Shown here piece by piece: positions 45,346-61,300 of a DNA stretch of 64,000 nt. This DNA comes from Eledone cirrhosa (lineage: Eukaryota). The DNA lies in contig OZ024740.1 in NCBI GenBank assembly GCA_964016885.1, positions 318,494,001 to 318,558,000 of the forward strand. Direction: 5' to 3'. Both the position numbers and the translations under genes were made by a program. Under the pieces are notes generated by a model that did not search any database, was not told the DNA's origin, and was given only the letters and a program-made list of their open reading frames with translations. The first letter of the stretch is position 1. The number at the start of each line of letters is the position of its first letter.

Positions 45346-48300
45346 ATAATCCAGGATTGTCTCGTCCATTTCCACAACTTACATTCTATCTGACATTCTA
45401 ACGACTCTACCAATTCGCTGTCTTTCTACCACAATACTCACAACAAATAATCCAGGATTGTCTCGTCTATTTCCATAACTTACATTCTATCTGACATTTT
45501 AACGACTCTACCAATTCGAATTCTTTCTACTACAATACTAACTTTAAATAATCCAGGATTGTCTCCTCTATTTCAACAACTTACATTCTATCTTACGTTC
45601 TAACGACTCTACGAATCCGATGCGTTTCTACTATAATACTCACAACAAATAATCCAGGATTGTCTCGTCTATCTCCAGACATTACATTCTATCTGACATT
45701 CTAACGACTCTACCAGTTCGCTGTATTTCTACTACAATACTAACTCCAAATGATCCAGGATTGTCTCGTCTATTTCCACAACTTACATTCTATCTGACAT
45801 TCTAACGACTCTACCTATTCGCTGTATTTCTACTACAATACTCACAACAAATAATCCAGGATTGTCTGGTCTATCTCCAGACCTTACATTCTATCTGACA
45901 TTCTAACGACTCTACCAGTTCGCTTTATTTCTACTACAATACTAACTTCAAATAATCCAGGATTGTCTCGTCTATTTCCACAACTTACATTCTATCTGAT
46001 ATTCTAACGACTCTACCCATTCGCTGTATTTCTACTACAATACTAACTTTAAGTAATCCATATTGTCTCGTCTATTTCCACAACTTACATTCTATCTGAC
46101 ATTCAAACGACTTTATCAATTCGAAGTCTTTCTACTAGAATACTAACGTCAAATAATCCAGGATTGTCTCGTCTATTTCCACAACTTACTTTCTATCTGA
46201 CATTCTAACGACTCTACCAATTCGAAGTCTTTCTACTACAATACTCACAACAAATATTCCAGGATTGTCTGGTCTATTTCCACAACTTACATTCTATCTG
46301 ACATTCTAACGACTCTACCAATTCGAAGTCTTTCTACTACAATACTAACTTTAAATAATCTAGGATTGTCTCGTCTATCTCCAGACCTTACATTCTATCT
46401 GACATTCTAACGAGTCTACCAATTCGAAGTCTTTCTGCTACAATACTCACAACAAATAATCCAGGATTGTCTCGTCTATTTCCACACCTTACATTCTATC
46501 TGACATTCTAACGACTCTACCTATTCGCTGTATTTCTACTACAATACTCACAACAAATACTCCAGCATTGTCTCGTCTATTTCCACAACTCACATTCTAT
46601 CTGACGTTCTAACGACTCTATCAATTCGAAGTCTTTCTACTACAATACTAACTTTAAATAATCCAGGATTGTCTCCTCTATTTCCACAACTTACATTATA
46701 TCTGACATTCTAACGACTCTACCAATTCGATGTCTTTCTACTACAATACTCACAACAAATAATCCAGGATTGTATCGTCTATCTCCACACCTTACGTTCT
46801 ATCTGACATTCTAACGACTCTACCAGTTCGCTCTATTTCTACTACAATACTAACTTCAAATAATCCAGGATTGTCTCGTCTATTTCCACAACTTACATTC
46901 TATCTGATATTCTAACGACTCTACCAATTTGAAGTATTTTTACTACAATACTAACAACAAATAATCCAGGATAGTCTCGTCTATTTCCACAACTTACATT
47001 CTATCTGACATTCTAACGACTCTACCAATTCGAAGTCTTTCTACTACAATACTCACAACAAATATTCCAGGATTGTCTCGTCTATCTCCAGACCTTACAT
47101 TCTATCTGACATTCTAACGACTCTACCAGTTCGCAGTATTTCTACTACAATACTAACTTTAAACAATCCAGGATTGTCTCCTCTATTTCCACAACTTACA
47201 TTCTATCTGACATTCTAACGACTCTACCAATTCGAAGTCTTTCTACTACAATACTCACAACAAATAATCCAGGATTGTCTCATCTATTTCCACACCTTAC
47301 ATTCTATCTGACATTCTAACGACTCGACCCATTCGCTGTATTTCTACTACAATACTAACTTCAAATAATCCAGGATTGTCACGTCTATCTCCACACCTTA
47401 CATTCTATCTGACATTCTAACGACTCTACCAGTTCGCTGTATTTCTACTACAATACTCACAACAAATAAACCAGTATCGTCTCGTCTATTTCCACAACTT
47501 ACATTCTATCTTACATACTAACGACTCTACCAATTCGAAGTCTTTCTACTACAATACTAACTTTAAACAATCCAGGATTGTCTCCTCTATTTCCACAACT
47601 TACATTCTATCTGACATTCTAACGACTCTACCCATTCGCTGTATTTCTACTACAATACTAACTTTAAATAATCCATATTGTCTCGTCTATTTCCACAACT
47701 TACATTCTATCTGATATTCTAACGACTCTACCAATTCGAAGTCTTTCTACTACAATACTAACTTTAAATAATCCAGGATTGTCTCCTCTATTTCCACAAC
47801 TTACATTCTATCTGACATTCTAACGACTCTACCAATTCGATGTGTTTCTACTACAATACTCACAACAAATAATCCAGGATTGTCTCGTCTATCTCCAGAC
47901 CTTACATTCTATCTAACATTCTAACGACTCTACCAGTTCGCTGTATTTCTACTACAATACTAACTTTAAACAATCCAGGATTGTCTCCTCTATTTCCACA
48001 ACTTACATTCTATCTGACATTCTAACGACTCTACCCATTCGCTGTATTTCTACTACAATACTAACTTCAAATAATCCAGGATTGTCTTATCTATTTCCAC
48101 AACTTACATTCTATCTGATATTCGAACGAATCTACCAATTCGAAGTCTTTCTACTACAATACTAACGCCAAATAATCCAGGATTGTCTCGTCTATTTCCA
48201 CAACTTACTTTCTATCTGACATTCTAACGACTCTTCCAATTCGAAGTCTTTCTACTACAATACTCACAACAAATATTCCAGGATTGTCTGGTCTATTTCC

Positions 48301-50163
48301 ACAACTTACATTCTATCTGACATTCTAACGACTCTACCAATTCGAAGTCTTTCTACTACAATACTAACTTTAAATAATCCAGGATTGTCTCCTCTATTTC
48401 CACAACTTACATATTATCTGAAATTCTAACGACTCTACCAATTCGATGTCTTTCTACTACAATTCTCACAACAAATAATCCAGGTTTGTATAGTCTATTT
48501 CTACAACTTAAATTCTATCTGACATTCTAACGACTCTACCAATTAGAAGTCTTTCTGCTACAATACTCACAACAAATAATCCAGCATTGTCTCGTCTATT
48601 TCCACAACTCACATTCTATCTGACATTCTAAAGACTCTACCAGTTCGCTCTATTTCTACTACAATACTAACTTCAAATAATCCAGCATTGTCTCGTCTAT
48701 TTCCACAACTCACATTCTATCTGACATTCTAAAGACTCTACCAATTCGCTGTATTTCTACTACAATACTAACTTCAAATAATCCAGGATTGTCTCGTCTA
48801 TTTCCACAACTTACATTCTATCTGACTTTCTAACGACTCTACCAATTCGAAGTTTTTCTACTACAATGCTAACAACAAATAATCTAGGATTGTCTCGTCT
48901 ATCTCCACAACTTACATTTTCTCTGACATTCTAACGACACTACCAATTCGATGTGTTTCTACTACAATACTCACAACCAATAATCCAGGATTGTCTCGTC
49001 TATCTCCACAACTTACGTTATATCTGACATTCTAACGACTCTACCAATTCGAATTCTTTATATTACAATACTCACAACAAATAATCCACGACTGTCTCGT
49101 CTATTTCCACAACTTACATTATATCTGATATTCTAACGACTCTACCAATTTGAAGTATTTTTACTACAATACTAACAACAAATAATCCAGGATAGTCTCG
49201 TCTATTTCCACAACTTACATTCTATCTGACATTCTAACGACTCTACCAATTCGAAGTCTTTCTACTACAATACTCACAACAAATATTCCAGGATTGTCTC
49301 GTCTATCTCCAGACCTTACATTCTATCTGACATTCTAACGACTCTACCAGTTCGCAGTATTTCTACTACAATACTAACTTTAAACAATCCAGGATTGTCT
49401 CCTCTATTTCCACAACTTACATTCTATCTGACATTCTAACGACTCTACCAATTCGCTGTATTTCTACTACAATACTAACTTCAAATAATCCAGGATTGCC
49501 TTATCTATTTCCACAACTTACATTCTATCTGATAATCGAAAGACTCTACCAATTCGAAGTCTTTCTACTACAATACTAACGTCAAATAATCCAGGATTGT
49601 CTCGTCCATTTCCACAACTTACATTCTATCTGACATTCTAACGACTCTACCAATTCGCTGTCTTTCTACCACAATACTCACAACAAATAATCCAGGATTG
49701 TCTGGTCTATTTCCACAACTTACATTCTATCTGACATTCTAACGACTCTACCAATTCGAAGTCTTTCTACTACAATACTAACTTTAAATAATCCAGGATT
49801 GTCTCCTCTATTTCCACAACTTACATATTATCTGAAATTCTAACGACTCTACCAATTCGATGTCTTTCTACTACAATTCTCACAACAAATAATCCAGGTT
49901 TATATAGTCTATTTCTACAACTTAAATTCTATCTGACATTCTAACGACTCTACCAATTAGAAGTCTTTCTGCTACAATACTCACAACAAATAATCCAGCA
50001 TTGTCTCGTCTATTTCCACAACTCACATTCTATCTGACATTCTAAAGACTCTACCAATTCGCTGTATTTCTACTACAATACTAACTTCAAATAATCCAGG
50101 ATTGTCTCGTCTATTTCCACAACTTACATTCTATCTGACATTCTAACGACTCTACCAATTCGA
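45346..50163. repeat. Large tandem duplication 2, left copy (48 monomers)
   Basis: Marker gatgCgttt at 45621/50467 (offset 4846 = 48x101-2). Marker caatGcta at 48865/54014 (offset 5149 = 51x101-2). Confidence 0.88.
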
Positions 50164-50191
50164 TGTCTTTCTACTACAATACTCACAACAG

Positions 50192-53100
50192 ATAATCCAG
50201 GATTGTCTCGTCCATTTCCACAACTTACATTCTATCTGACATTCTAACGACTCTACCAATTCGCTGTCTTTCTACCACAATACTCACAACAAATAATCCA
50301 GGATTGTCTCGTCTATTTCCATAACTTACATTCTATCTGACATTTTAACGACTCTACCAATTCGAATTCTTTCTACTACAATACTAACTTTAAATAATCC
50401 AGGATTGTCTCCTCTATTTCAACAACTTACATTCTATCTTACGTTCTAACGACTCTACGAATCCGATGCGTTTCTACTATAATACTCACAACAAATAATC
50501 CAGGATTGTCTCGTCTATCTCCAGACATTACATTCTATCTGACATTCTAACGACTCTACCAGTTCGCTGTATTTCTACTACAATACTAACTCCAAATGAT
50601 CCAGGATTGTCTCGTCTATTTCCACAACTTACATTCTATCTGACATTCTAACGACTCTACCTATTCGCTGTATTTCTACTACAATACTCACAACAAATAA
50701 TCCAGGATTGTCTGGTCTATCTCCAGACCTTACATTCTATCTGACATTCTAACGACTCTACCAGTTCGCTGTATTTCTACTACAATACTAACTTCAAATA
50801 ATCCAGGATTGTCTCGTCTATTTCCACAACTTACATTCTATCTGATATTCTAACGACTCTACCCATTCGCTGTATTTCTACTACAATACTAACTTTAAGT
50901 AATCCATATTGTCTCGTCTATTTCCACAACTTACATTCTATCTGACATTCAAACGACTTTATCAATTCGAAGTCTTTCTACTAGAATACTAACGTCAAAT
51001 AATCCAGGATTGTCTCGTCTATTTCCACAACTTACTTTCTATCTGACATTCTAACGACTCTACCAATTCGAAGTCTTTCTACTACAATACTCACAACAAA
51101 TATTCCAGGATTGTCTGGTCTATTTCCACAACTTACATTCTATCTGACATTCTAACGACTCTACCAATTCGAAGTCTTTCTACTACAATACTAACTTTAA
51201 ATAATCTAGGATTGTCTCGTCTATCTCCAGACCTTACATTCTATCTGACATTCTAACGAGTCTACCAATTCGAAGTCTTTCTGCTACAATACTCACAACA
51301 AATAATCCAGGATTGTCTCGTCTATTTCCACACCTTACATTCTATCTGACATTCTAACGACTCTACCTATTCGCTGTATTTCTACTACAATACTCACAAC
51401 AAATAATCCAGCATTGTCTCGTCTATTTCCACAACTCACATTCTATCTGACGTTCTAACGACTCTATCAATTCGAAGTCTTTCTACTACAATACTAACTT
51501 TAAATAATCCAGGATTGTCTCCTCTATTTCCACAACTTACATTATATCTGACATTCTAACGACTCTACCAATTCGATGTCTTTCTACTACAATACTCACA
51601 ACAAATAATCCAGGATTGTATCGTCTATCTCCACACCTTACGTTCTATCTGACATTCTAACGACTCTACCAGTTCGCTCTATTTCTACTACAATACTAAC
51701 TTCAAATAATCCAGGATTGTCTCGTCTATTTCCACAACTTACATTCTATCTGATATTCTAACGACTCTACCAATTTGAAGTATTTTTACTACAATACTAA
51801 CAACAAATAATCCAGGATAGTCTCGTCTATTTCCACAACTTACATTCTATCTGACATTCTAACGACTCTACCAATTCGAAGTCTTTCTACTACAATACTC
51901 ACAACAAATATTCCAGGATTGTCTCGTCTATCTCCAGACCTTACATTCTATCTGACATTCTAACGACTCTACCAGTTCGCAGTATTTCTACTACAATACT
52001 AACTTTAAACAATCCAGGATTGTCTCCTCTATTTCCACAACTTACATTCTATCTGACATTCTAACGACTCTACCAATTCGAAGTCTTTCTACTACAATAC
52101 TCACAACAAATAATCCAGGATTGTCTCATCTATTTCCACACCTTACATTCTATCTGACATTCTAACGACTCGACCCATTCGCTGTATTTCTACTACAATA
52201 CTAACTTCAAATAATCCAGGATTGTCACGTCTATCTCCACACCTTACATTCTATCTGACATTCTAACGACTCTACCAGTTCGCTGTATTTCTACTACAAT
52301 ACTCACAACAAATAAACCAGTATCGTCTCGTCTATTTCCACAACTTACATTCTATCTTACATACTAACGACTCTACCAATTCGAAGTCTTTCTACTACAA
52401 TACTAACTTTAAACAATCCAGGATTGTCTCCTCTATTTCCACAACTTACATTCTATCTGACATTCTAACGACTCTACCCATTCGCTGTATTTCTACTACA
52501 ATACTAACTTTAAATAATCCATATTGTCTCGTCTATTTCCACAACTTACATTCTATCTGATATTCTAACGACTCTACCAATTCGAAGTCTTTCTACTACA
52601 ATACTAACTTTAAATAATCCAGGATTGTCTCCTCTATTTCCACAACTTACATTCTATCTGACATTCTAACGACTCTACCAATTCGATGTGTTTCTACTAC
52701 AATACTCACAACAAATAATCCAGGATTGTCTCGTCTATCTCCAGACCTTACATTCTATCTAACATTCTAACGACTCTACCAGTTCGCTGTATTTCTACTA
52801 CAATACTAACTTTAAACAATCCAGGATTGTCTCCTCTATTTCCACAACTTACATTCTATCTGACATTCTAACGACTCTACCCATTCGCTGTATTTCTACT
52901 ACAATACTAACTTCAAATAATCCAGGATTGTCTTATCTATTTCCACAACTTACATTCTATCTGATATTCGAACGAATCTACCAATTCGAAGTCTTTCTAC
53001 TACAATACTAACGCCAAATAATCCAGGATTGTCTCGTCTATTTCCACAACTTACTTTCTATCTGACATTCTAACGACTCTTCCAATTCGAAGTCTTTCTA

Positions 53101-55312
53101 CTACAATACTCACAACAAATATTCCAGGATTGTCTGGTCTATTTCCACAACTTACATTCTATCTGACATTCTAACGACTCTACCAATTCGAAGTCTTTCT
53201 ACTACAATACTAACTTTAAATAATCCAGGATTGTCTCCTCTATTTCCACAACTTACATATTATCTGAAATTCTAACGACTCTACCAATTCGATGTCTTTC
53301 TACTACAATTCTCACAACAAATAATCCAGGTTTGTATAGTCTATTTCTACAACTTAAATTCTATCTGACATTCTAACGACTCTACCAATTAGAAGTCTTT
53401 CTGCTACAATACTCACAACAAATAATCCAGCATTGTCTCGTCTATTTCCACAACTCACATTCTATCTGACATTCTAAAGACTCTACCAATTCGCTGTATT
53501 TCTACTACAATACTAACTTCAAATAATCCAGGATTGTCTCGTCTATTTCCACAACTTACATTCTATCTGACTTTCTAACGACTCTACCAATTCGAAGTCT
53601 TTCTACTACAATACTAACTTTAAATAATCCAGGATTGTCTCCTCTATTTCCACAACTTACATTCTATCTGACATTCTAACGACTCTACCAATTCGATGTA
53701 TTTCTACTACAATACTCACAACAAATAATCCAGGATTGTCTCGTCTATCTCCACACCTTACGTTCTATCTGACATTCTAACGACTCTACCAGTTCGCTCT
53801 ATTTCTACTACAATACTAACTTCAAATAATCCAGCATTGTCTCGTCTATTTCCACAACTCACATTCTATCTGACATTCTAAAGACTCTACCAATTCGCTG
53901 TATTTCTACTACAATACTAACTTCAAATAATCCAGGATTGTCTCGTCTATTTCCACAACTTACATTCTATCTGACTTTCTAACGACTCTACCAATTCGAA
54001 GTTTTTCTACTACAATGCTAACAACAAATAATCTAGGATTGTCTCGTCTATCTCCACAACTTACATTTTCTCTGACATTCTAACGACACTACCAATTCGA
54101 TGTGTTTCTACTACAATACTCACAACCAATAATCCAGGATTGTCTCGTCTATCTCCACAACTTACGTTATATCTGACATTCTAACGACTCTACCAATTCG
54201 AATTCTTTATATTACAATACTCACAACAAATAATCCACGACTGTCTCGTCTATTTCCACAACTTACATTATATCTGATATTCTAACGACTCTACCAATTT
54301 GAAGTATTTTTACTACAATACTAACAACAAATAATCCAGGATAGTCTCGTCTATTTCCACAACTTACATTCTATCTGACATTCTAACGACTCTACCAATT
54401 CGAAGTCTTTCTACTACAATACTCACAACAAATATTCCAGGATTGTCTCGTCTATCTCCAGACCTTACATTCTATCTGACATTCTAACGACTCTACCAGT
54501 TCGCAGTATTTCTACTACAATACTAACTTTAAACAATCCAGGATTGTCTCCTCTATTTCCACAACTTACATTCTATCTGACATTCTAACGACTCTACCAA
54601 TTCGCTGTATTTCTACTACAATACTAACTTCAAATAATCCAGGATTGCCTTATCTATTTCCACAACTTACATTCTATCTGATAATCGAAAGACTCTACCA
54701 ATTCGAAGTCTTTCTACTACAATACTAACGTCAAATAATCCAGGATTGTCTCGTCCATTTCCACAACTTACATTCTATCTGACATTCTAACGACTCTACC
54801 AATTCGCTGTCTTTCTACCACAATACTCACAACAAATAATCCAGGATTGTCTGGTCTATTTCCACAACTTACATTCTATCTGACATTCTAACGACTCTAC
54901 CAATTCGAAGTCTTTCTACTACAATACTAACTTTAAATAATCCAGGATTGTCTCCTCTATTTCCACAACTTACATATTATCTGAAATTCTAACGACTCTA
55001 CCAATTCGATGTCTTTCTACTACAATTCTCACAACAAATAATCCAGGTTTATATAGTCTATTTCTACAACTTAAATTCTATCTGACATTCTAACGACTCT
55101 ACCAATTAGAAGTCTTTCTGCTACAATACTCACAACAAATAATCCAGCATTGTCTCGTCTATTTCCACAACTCACATTCTATCTGACATTCTAAAGACTC
55201 TACCAATTCGCTGTATTTCTACTACAATACTAACTTCAAATAATCCAGGATTGTCTCGTCTATTTCCACAACTTACATTCTATCTGACATTCTAACGACT
55301 CTACCAATTCGA
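50192..55312. repeat. Large tandem duplication 2, right copy (51 monomers)
   Basis: Collinear with 45346-50163 plus three extra monomers at about 53490-53790. The match ends at 50164/55313. Confidence 0.88.
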
Positions 55313-58300
55313 AGTCTTTCTACTACAATACTAACTTTAAATAATCCAGGATTGTCTCCTCTATTTCAACAACTTACATTCTATCTTACGTTCTAACGAC
55401 TCTACGAATCCGATGTGTTTCTACTATAATACTCACAACAAATAATCCAGGATTGTCTCGTCTATCTCCAGACATTACATTCTATCTGACATTCTAACGA
55501 CTCTACCAGTTCGCTGTATTTCTACTACAATACTAACTCCAAATAATCCAGGATTGTCTCGTCTATTTCCACAACTTACATTCTATCTGACATTCTAACG
55601 ACTCTACCTATTCGCTGTATTTCTACTACAATACTCACAACAGATAATCCAGCATTGTCTCGTCTATTTCCACAACTCACATTCTATCTGACATTCTAAC
55701 GACTCTACCAATTCGCTGTATTTCTACTACAATACTAACGTCAAATAATCCAGGATTGTCTCGTCCATTTCCACAACTTACGTTCTATCTGACATTCTAA
55801 CGACTCTACCAATTCGAAGTCTATCTATTACAATACTAACAACAAATAATCTAGGATTGTCTCGTCTATTTCCACAACTTACATTCTATCTGACATTCTA
55901 ACGACTCTACCAATTCGAAGACTTTCTACTACAATACTCACAACAAATAATCCAGGATTGTCTCATCTATTTCCACACCTTACATTCTATCTGACATTCT
56001 AACGACTCGACCCATTCGCTGTATTTCTACTACAATACTAACTTCAAATAATCCAGGATTGTCACGTCTATCTCCACACCTTACATTCCATCTGACATTC
56101 TAACGACTCTACCAGTTCGCTGTATTTCTACTACAATACTCACAACAAATAAACCAGTATCGTCTCGTCTATTTCCACAACTTACATTCTATCTTACATA
56201 CTAACGACTCTACCAATTCGAAGTCTTTCTACTACAATACTAACTTTAAACAATCCAGGATTGTCTCCTCTATTTCCACAACTTACATTCTATCTGACAT
56301 TCTAACGACTCTACCCATTCGCTGTATTTCTACTACAATACTAAATTTAAATAATCCATATTGTCTCGTCTATTTCCACAACTTACATTCTATCTGATAT
56401 TCTAACGACTCTAACAATTCGATGTGTTTCTACTACAATACTCACAACAAATAATCCAGGATTGTCTCGTCTATCTCCAGACCTTACATTCTATCTAACA
56501 TTCTAACGACTCTACCAGTTCGCTGTATTTCTACTACAATACTAACTTTAAACAATCCAGGATTGTCTCCTCTATTTCCACAACTTACATTCTATCTGAC
56601 ATTCTAACGACTCTACCCATTCGCTGTATTTCTACTACAATACTAACTTCAAATAATCCAGGATTGTCTTATCTATTTCCACAACTTACATTCTATCTGA
56701 TATTCGAACGAATCTATCAATTCGAAGTCTTTCTACTACAATACTAACGCCAAATAATCCAGGATTGTCTCGTCTATTTCCACAACTTACTTTCTATCTG
56801 ACATTCTAACGACTCTTCCAATTCGAAGTCTTTCTACTACAATACTCACAACAAATATTCCAGGATTGTCTGGTCTATTTCCACAACTTACATTCTATCT
56901 GACATTCTAACGACTCTACCAATTCGAAGTCTTTCTACTACAATACTAACTTTAAATAATCCAGGATTGTCTCCTCTATTTCAACAACTTACATTCTATC
57001 TTACGTTCTAACGACTCTACGAATCCGATGTGTTTCTACTATAATACTCACAACAAATAATCCAGGATTGTCTCGTCTATCTCCAGACATTACATTCTAT
57101 CTGACATTCTAACAACTCTACCAGTTCGCTGTATTTCTACTACAATACTAACTCCAAATAATCCAGGATTGTCTCGTCTATTTCCACAACTTACATTCTA
57201 TCTGACATTCTAACGACTCTACCTATTAGCTGTATTTCTACTACAATACTAACAACAAATAATCCAGCATTGTCTCGTCTATTTCCACAACTCACATTCT
57301 ATCTGACATTCTAACGACTCTTCCAATTCGAAGTCTTTCTACTACAATACTCACAACAAATATTCCAGGATTGTCTGGTCTATTTCCACAACTTACATTC
57401 TATCTGACATTCTAACGACTCTACCAATTCGAAGTCTTTCTACTACAATACTAACTTTAAATAATCCAGGATTGTCTCCTCTATTTCCACAACTTACATA
57501 TTATCTGAAATTCTAACGACTCTACCAATTCGATGTCTTTCTACTACAATTCTCACAACAAATAATCCAGGTTTGTATAGTCTATTTCTACAACTTAAAT
57601 TCTATCTGACATTCTAACGACTCTACCAATTAGAAGTCTTTCTGCTACAATACTCACAACAAATAATCCAGCATTGTCTCGTCTATTTCCACAACTCACA
57701 TTCTATCTGACATTCTAAAGACTCTACCAATTCGCTGTATTTCTACTACAATACTAACTTCAAATAATCCAGGATTGTCTCGTCTATTTCCACAACTTAC
57801 ATTCTATCTGACATTCTAACGACTCTACCAATTCGAAGTCTTTCTACTACAATACTAACTTTAAATAATCCAGGATTGTCTCCTCTATTTCAACAACTTA
57901 CATTCTATCTTACGTTCTAACGACTCTACGAATCCGATGTGTTTCTACTATAATACTCACAACAAATAATCCAGGATTGTCTCGTCTATCTCCAGACATT
58001 ACATTCTATCTGACATTCTAACGACTCTACCAGTTCGCTGTATTTCTACTACAATACTAACTCCAAATAATCCAGGATTGTCTCGTCTATTTCCACAACT
58101 TACATTCTATCTGACATTCTAACGACTCTACCTATTCGCTGTATTTCTACTACAATACTCACAACAAATAATCCAGCATTGTCTCGTCTATTTCCACAAC
58201 TCACATTCTATCTGACATTCTAACGACTCTACCAATTCGCTGTATTTCTACTACAATACTAACGTCAAATAATCCAGGATTGTCTCGTCCATTTCCACAA

Positions 58301-61300
58301 CTTACGTTCTATCTGACATTCTAACGACTCTACCAATTCGAAGTCTATCTATTACAATACTAACAACAAATAATCTAGGATTGTCTCGTCTATTTCCACA
58401 ACTTACATTCTATCTGACATTCTAACGACTCTACCAACTCGAAGTCTTTCTACTACAATACTCACAACAAATAATCCAGGATTGTCTCATCTATTTCCAC
58501 ACCTTACATTCTATCTGACATTCTAACGACTCGACCCATTCGCTGTATTTCTACTACAATACTAACTTCAAATAATCCAGGATTGTCACGTCTATCTCCA
58601 CACCTTACATTCCATCTGACATTCTAACGACTCTACCAGTTCGCTGTATTTCTACTACAATACTCACAACAAATAAACCAGTATCGTCTCGTCTATTTCC
58701 ACAACTTACATTCTATCTTACATACTAACGACTCTACCAATTCGAAGTCTTTCTACTACAATACTAACTTTAAACAATCCAGGATTGTCTCCTCTATTTC
58801 CACACCTTACATTCTATCTGACATTCTAACGACTCTACCCATTCGCTGTATTTCTACTACAATACTAACTTTAAATAATCCATATTGTCTCGTCTATTTC
58901 CACAACTTACATTCTATCTGATATTCTAACGACTCTACCAATTCGAAGTCTTTCTACTACAATACTAACTTTAAATAATCCAGGATTGTCTCCTCTATTT
59001 CCACAACTTACATTCTATCTGACATTCTAACGACTCTACCAATTCGATGTGTTTCTACTACAATACTCACAACAAATAATCCAGGATTGTCTCGTCTATC
59101 TCCAGACCTTACATTCTATCTAACATTCTAACGACTCTACCAGTTCGCTGTATTTCTACTACAATACTAACTTTAAACAATCCAGGATTGTCTCCTCTAT
59201 TTCCACAACTTACATTCTATCTGACATTCTAACGACTCTACCCATTCGCTGTATTTCTACTACAATACTAACTTCAAATAATCCAGGATTGTCTTATCTA
59301 TTTCCACAACTTACATTCTATCTGATATTCGAACGAATCTACCAATTCGAAGTCTTTCTACTACAATACTAACGCCAAATAATCCAGGATTGTCTCGTCT
59401 ATTTCCACAACTTACTTTCTATCTGACATTCTAACGACTCTTCCAATTCGAAGTCTTTCTACTACAATACTCACAACAAATATTCCAGGATTGTCTGGTC
59501 TATTTCCACAACTTACATTCTATCTGACATTCTAACGACTCTACCAATTCGAAGTCTTTCTACTACAATACTAACTTTAAATAATCCAGGATTGTCTCCA
59601 CTATTTCCACAACTTACATATTATCTGAAATTCTAACGACTCTACCAATTCGATGTCTTTCTACTACAATTCTCACAACAAATAATCCAGGTTTGTATAG
59701 TCTATTTCTACAACTTAAATTCTATCTGACATTCTAACGACTCTACCAATTAGAAGTCTTTCTGCTACAATACTCACAACAAATAATCCAGCATTGTCTC
59801 GTCTATTTCCACAACTCACATTCTATCTGACATTCTAAAGACTCTACCAATTCGCTGTATTTCTACTACAATACTAACGCCAAATAATCCAGGATTGTCT
59901 CGTCTATTTCCACAACTTACTTTCTATCTGACATTCTAACGACTCTTCCAATTCGAAGTCTTTCTACTACAATACTCACAACAAATATTCCAGGATTGTC
60001 TGGTCTATTTCCACAACTTACATTCTATCTGACATTCTAACGACTCTACCAATTCGAAGTCTTTCTACTACAATACTAACTTTAAATAATCCAGGATTGT
60101 CTCCTCTATTTCAACAACTTACATTCTATCTTACGTTCTAACGACTCTACGAATCCGATGTGTTTCTACTATAATACTCACAACAAATAATCCAGGATTG
60201 TCTCGTCTATCTCCAGACATTACATTCTATCTGACATTCTAACGACTCTACCAGTTCGCTGTATTTCTACTACAATACTAACTCCAAATAATCCAGGATT
60301 GTCTCGTCTATTTCCACAACTTACATTCTATCTGACATTCTAACGACTCTACCTATTCGCTGTATTTCTACTACAATACTAACAACAAATAATCCAGCAT
60401 TGTCTCGTCTATTTCCACAACTCACATTCTATCTGACATTCTAACGACTCTTCCAATTCGAAGTCTTTCTACTACAATACTCACAACAAATATTCCAGGA
60501 TTGTCTGGTCTATTTCCACAACTTACATTCTATCTGACATTCTAACGACTCTACCAATTCGAAGTCTTTCTACTACAATACTAACTTTAAATAATCCAGG
60601 ATTGTCTCCTCTATTTCCACAACTTACATATTATCTGAAATTCTAACGACTCTACCAATTCGATGTCTTTCTACTACAATTCTCACAACAAATAATCCAG
60701 GTTTGTATAGTCTATTTCTACAACTTAAATTCTATCTGACATTCTAACGACTCTACCAATTAGAAGTCTTTCTGCTACAATACTCACAACAAATAATCCA
60801 GCATTGTCTCGTCTATTTCCACAACTCACATTCTATCTGACATTCTAAAGACTCTACCAATTCGCTGTATTTCTACTACAATACTAACTTCAAATAATCC
60901 AGGATTGTCTCGTCTATTTCCACAACTTACATTCTATCTGACATTCTAACGACTCTACCAATTCGAAGTCTTTCTACTACAATACTAACTTTAAATAATC
61001 CAGGATTGTCTCCTCTATTTCAACAACTTACATTCTATCTTACGTTCTAACGACTCTACGAATCCGATGTGTTTCTACTATAATACTCACAACAAATAAT
61101 CCAGGATTGTCTCGTCTATCTCCAGACATTACATTCTATCTGACATTCTAACGACTCTACCAGTTCGCTGTATTTCTACTACAATACTAACTCCAAATAA
61201 TCCAGGATTGTCTCGTCTATTTCCACAACATACATTCTATCTGACATTCTAACGACTCTACCTATTCGCTGTATTTCTACTACAATACTCACAACAAATA

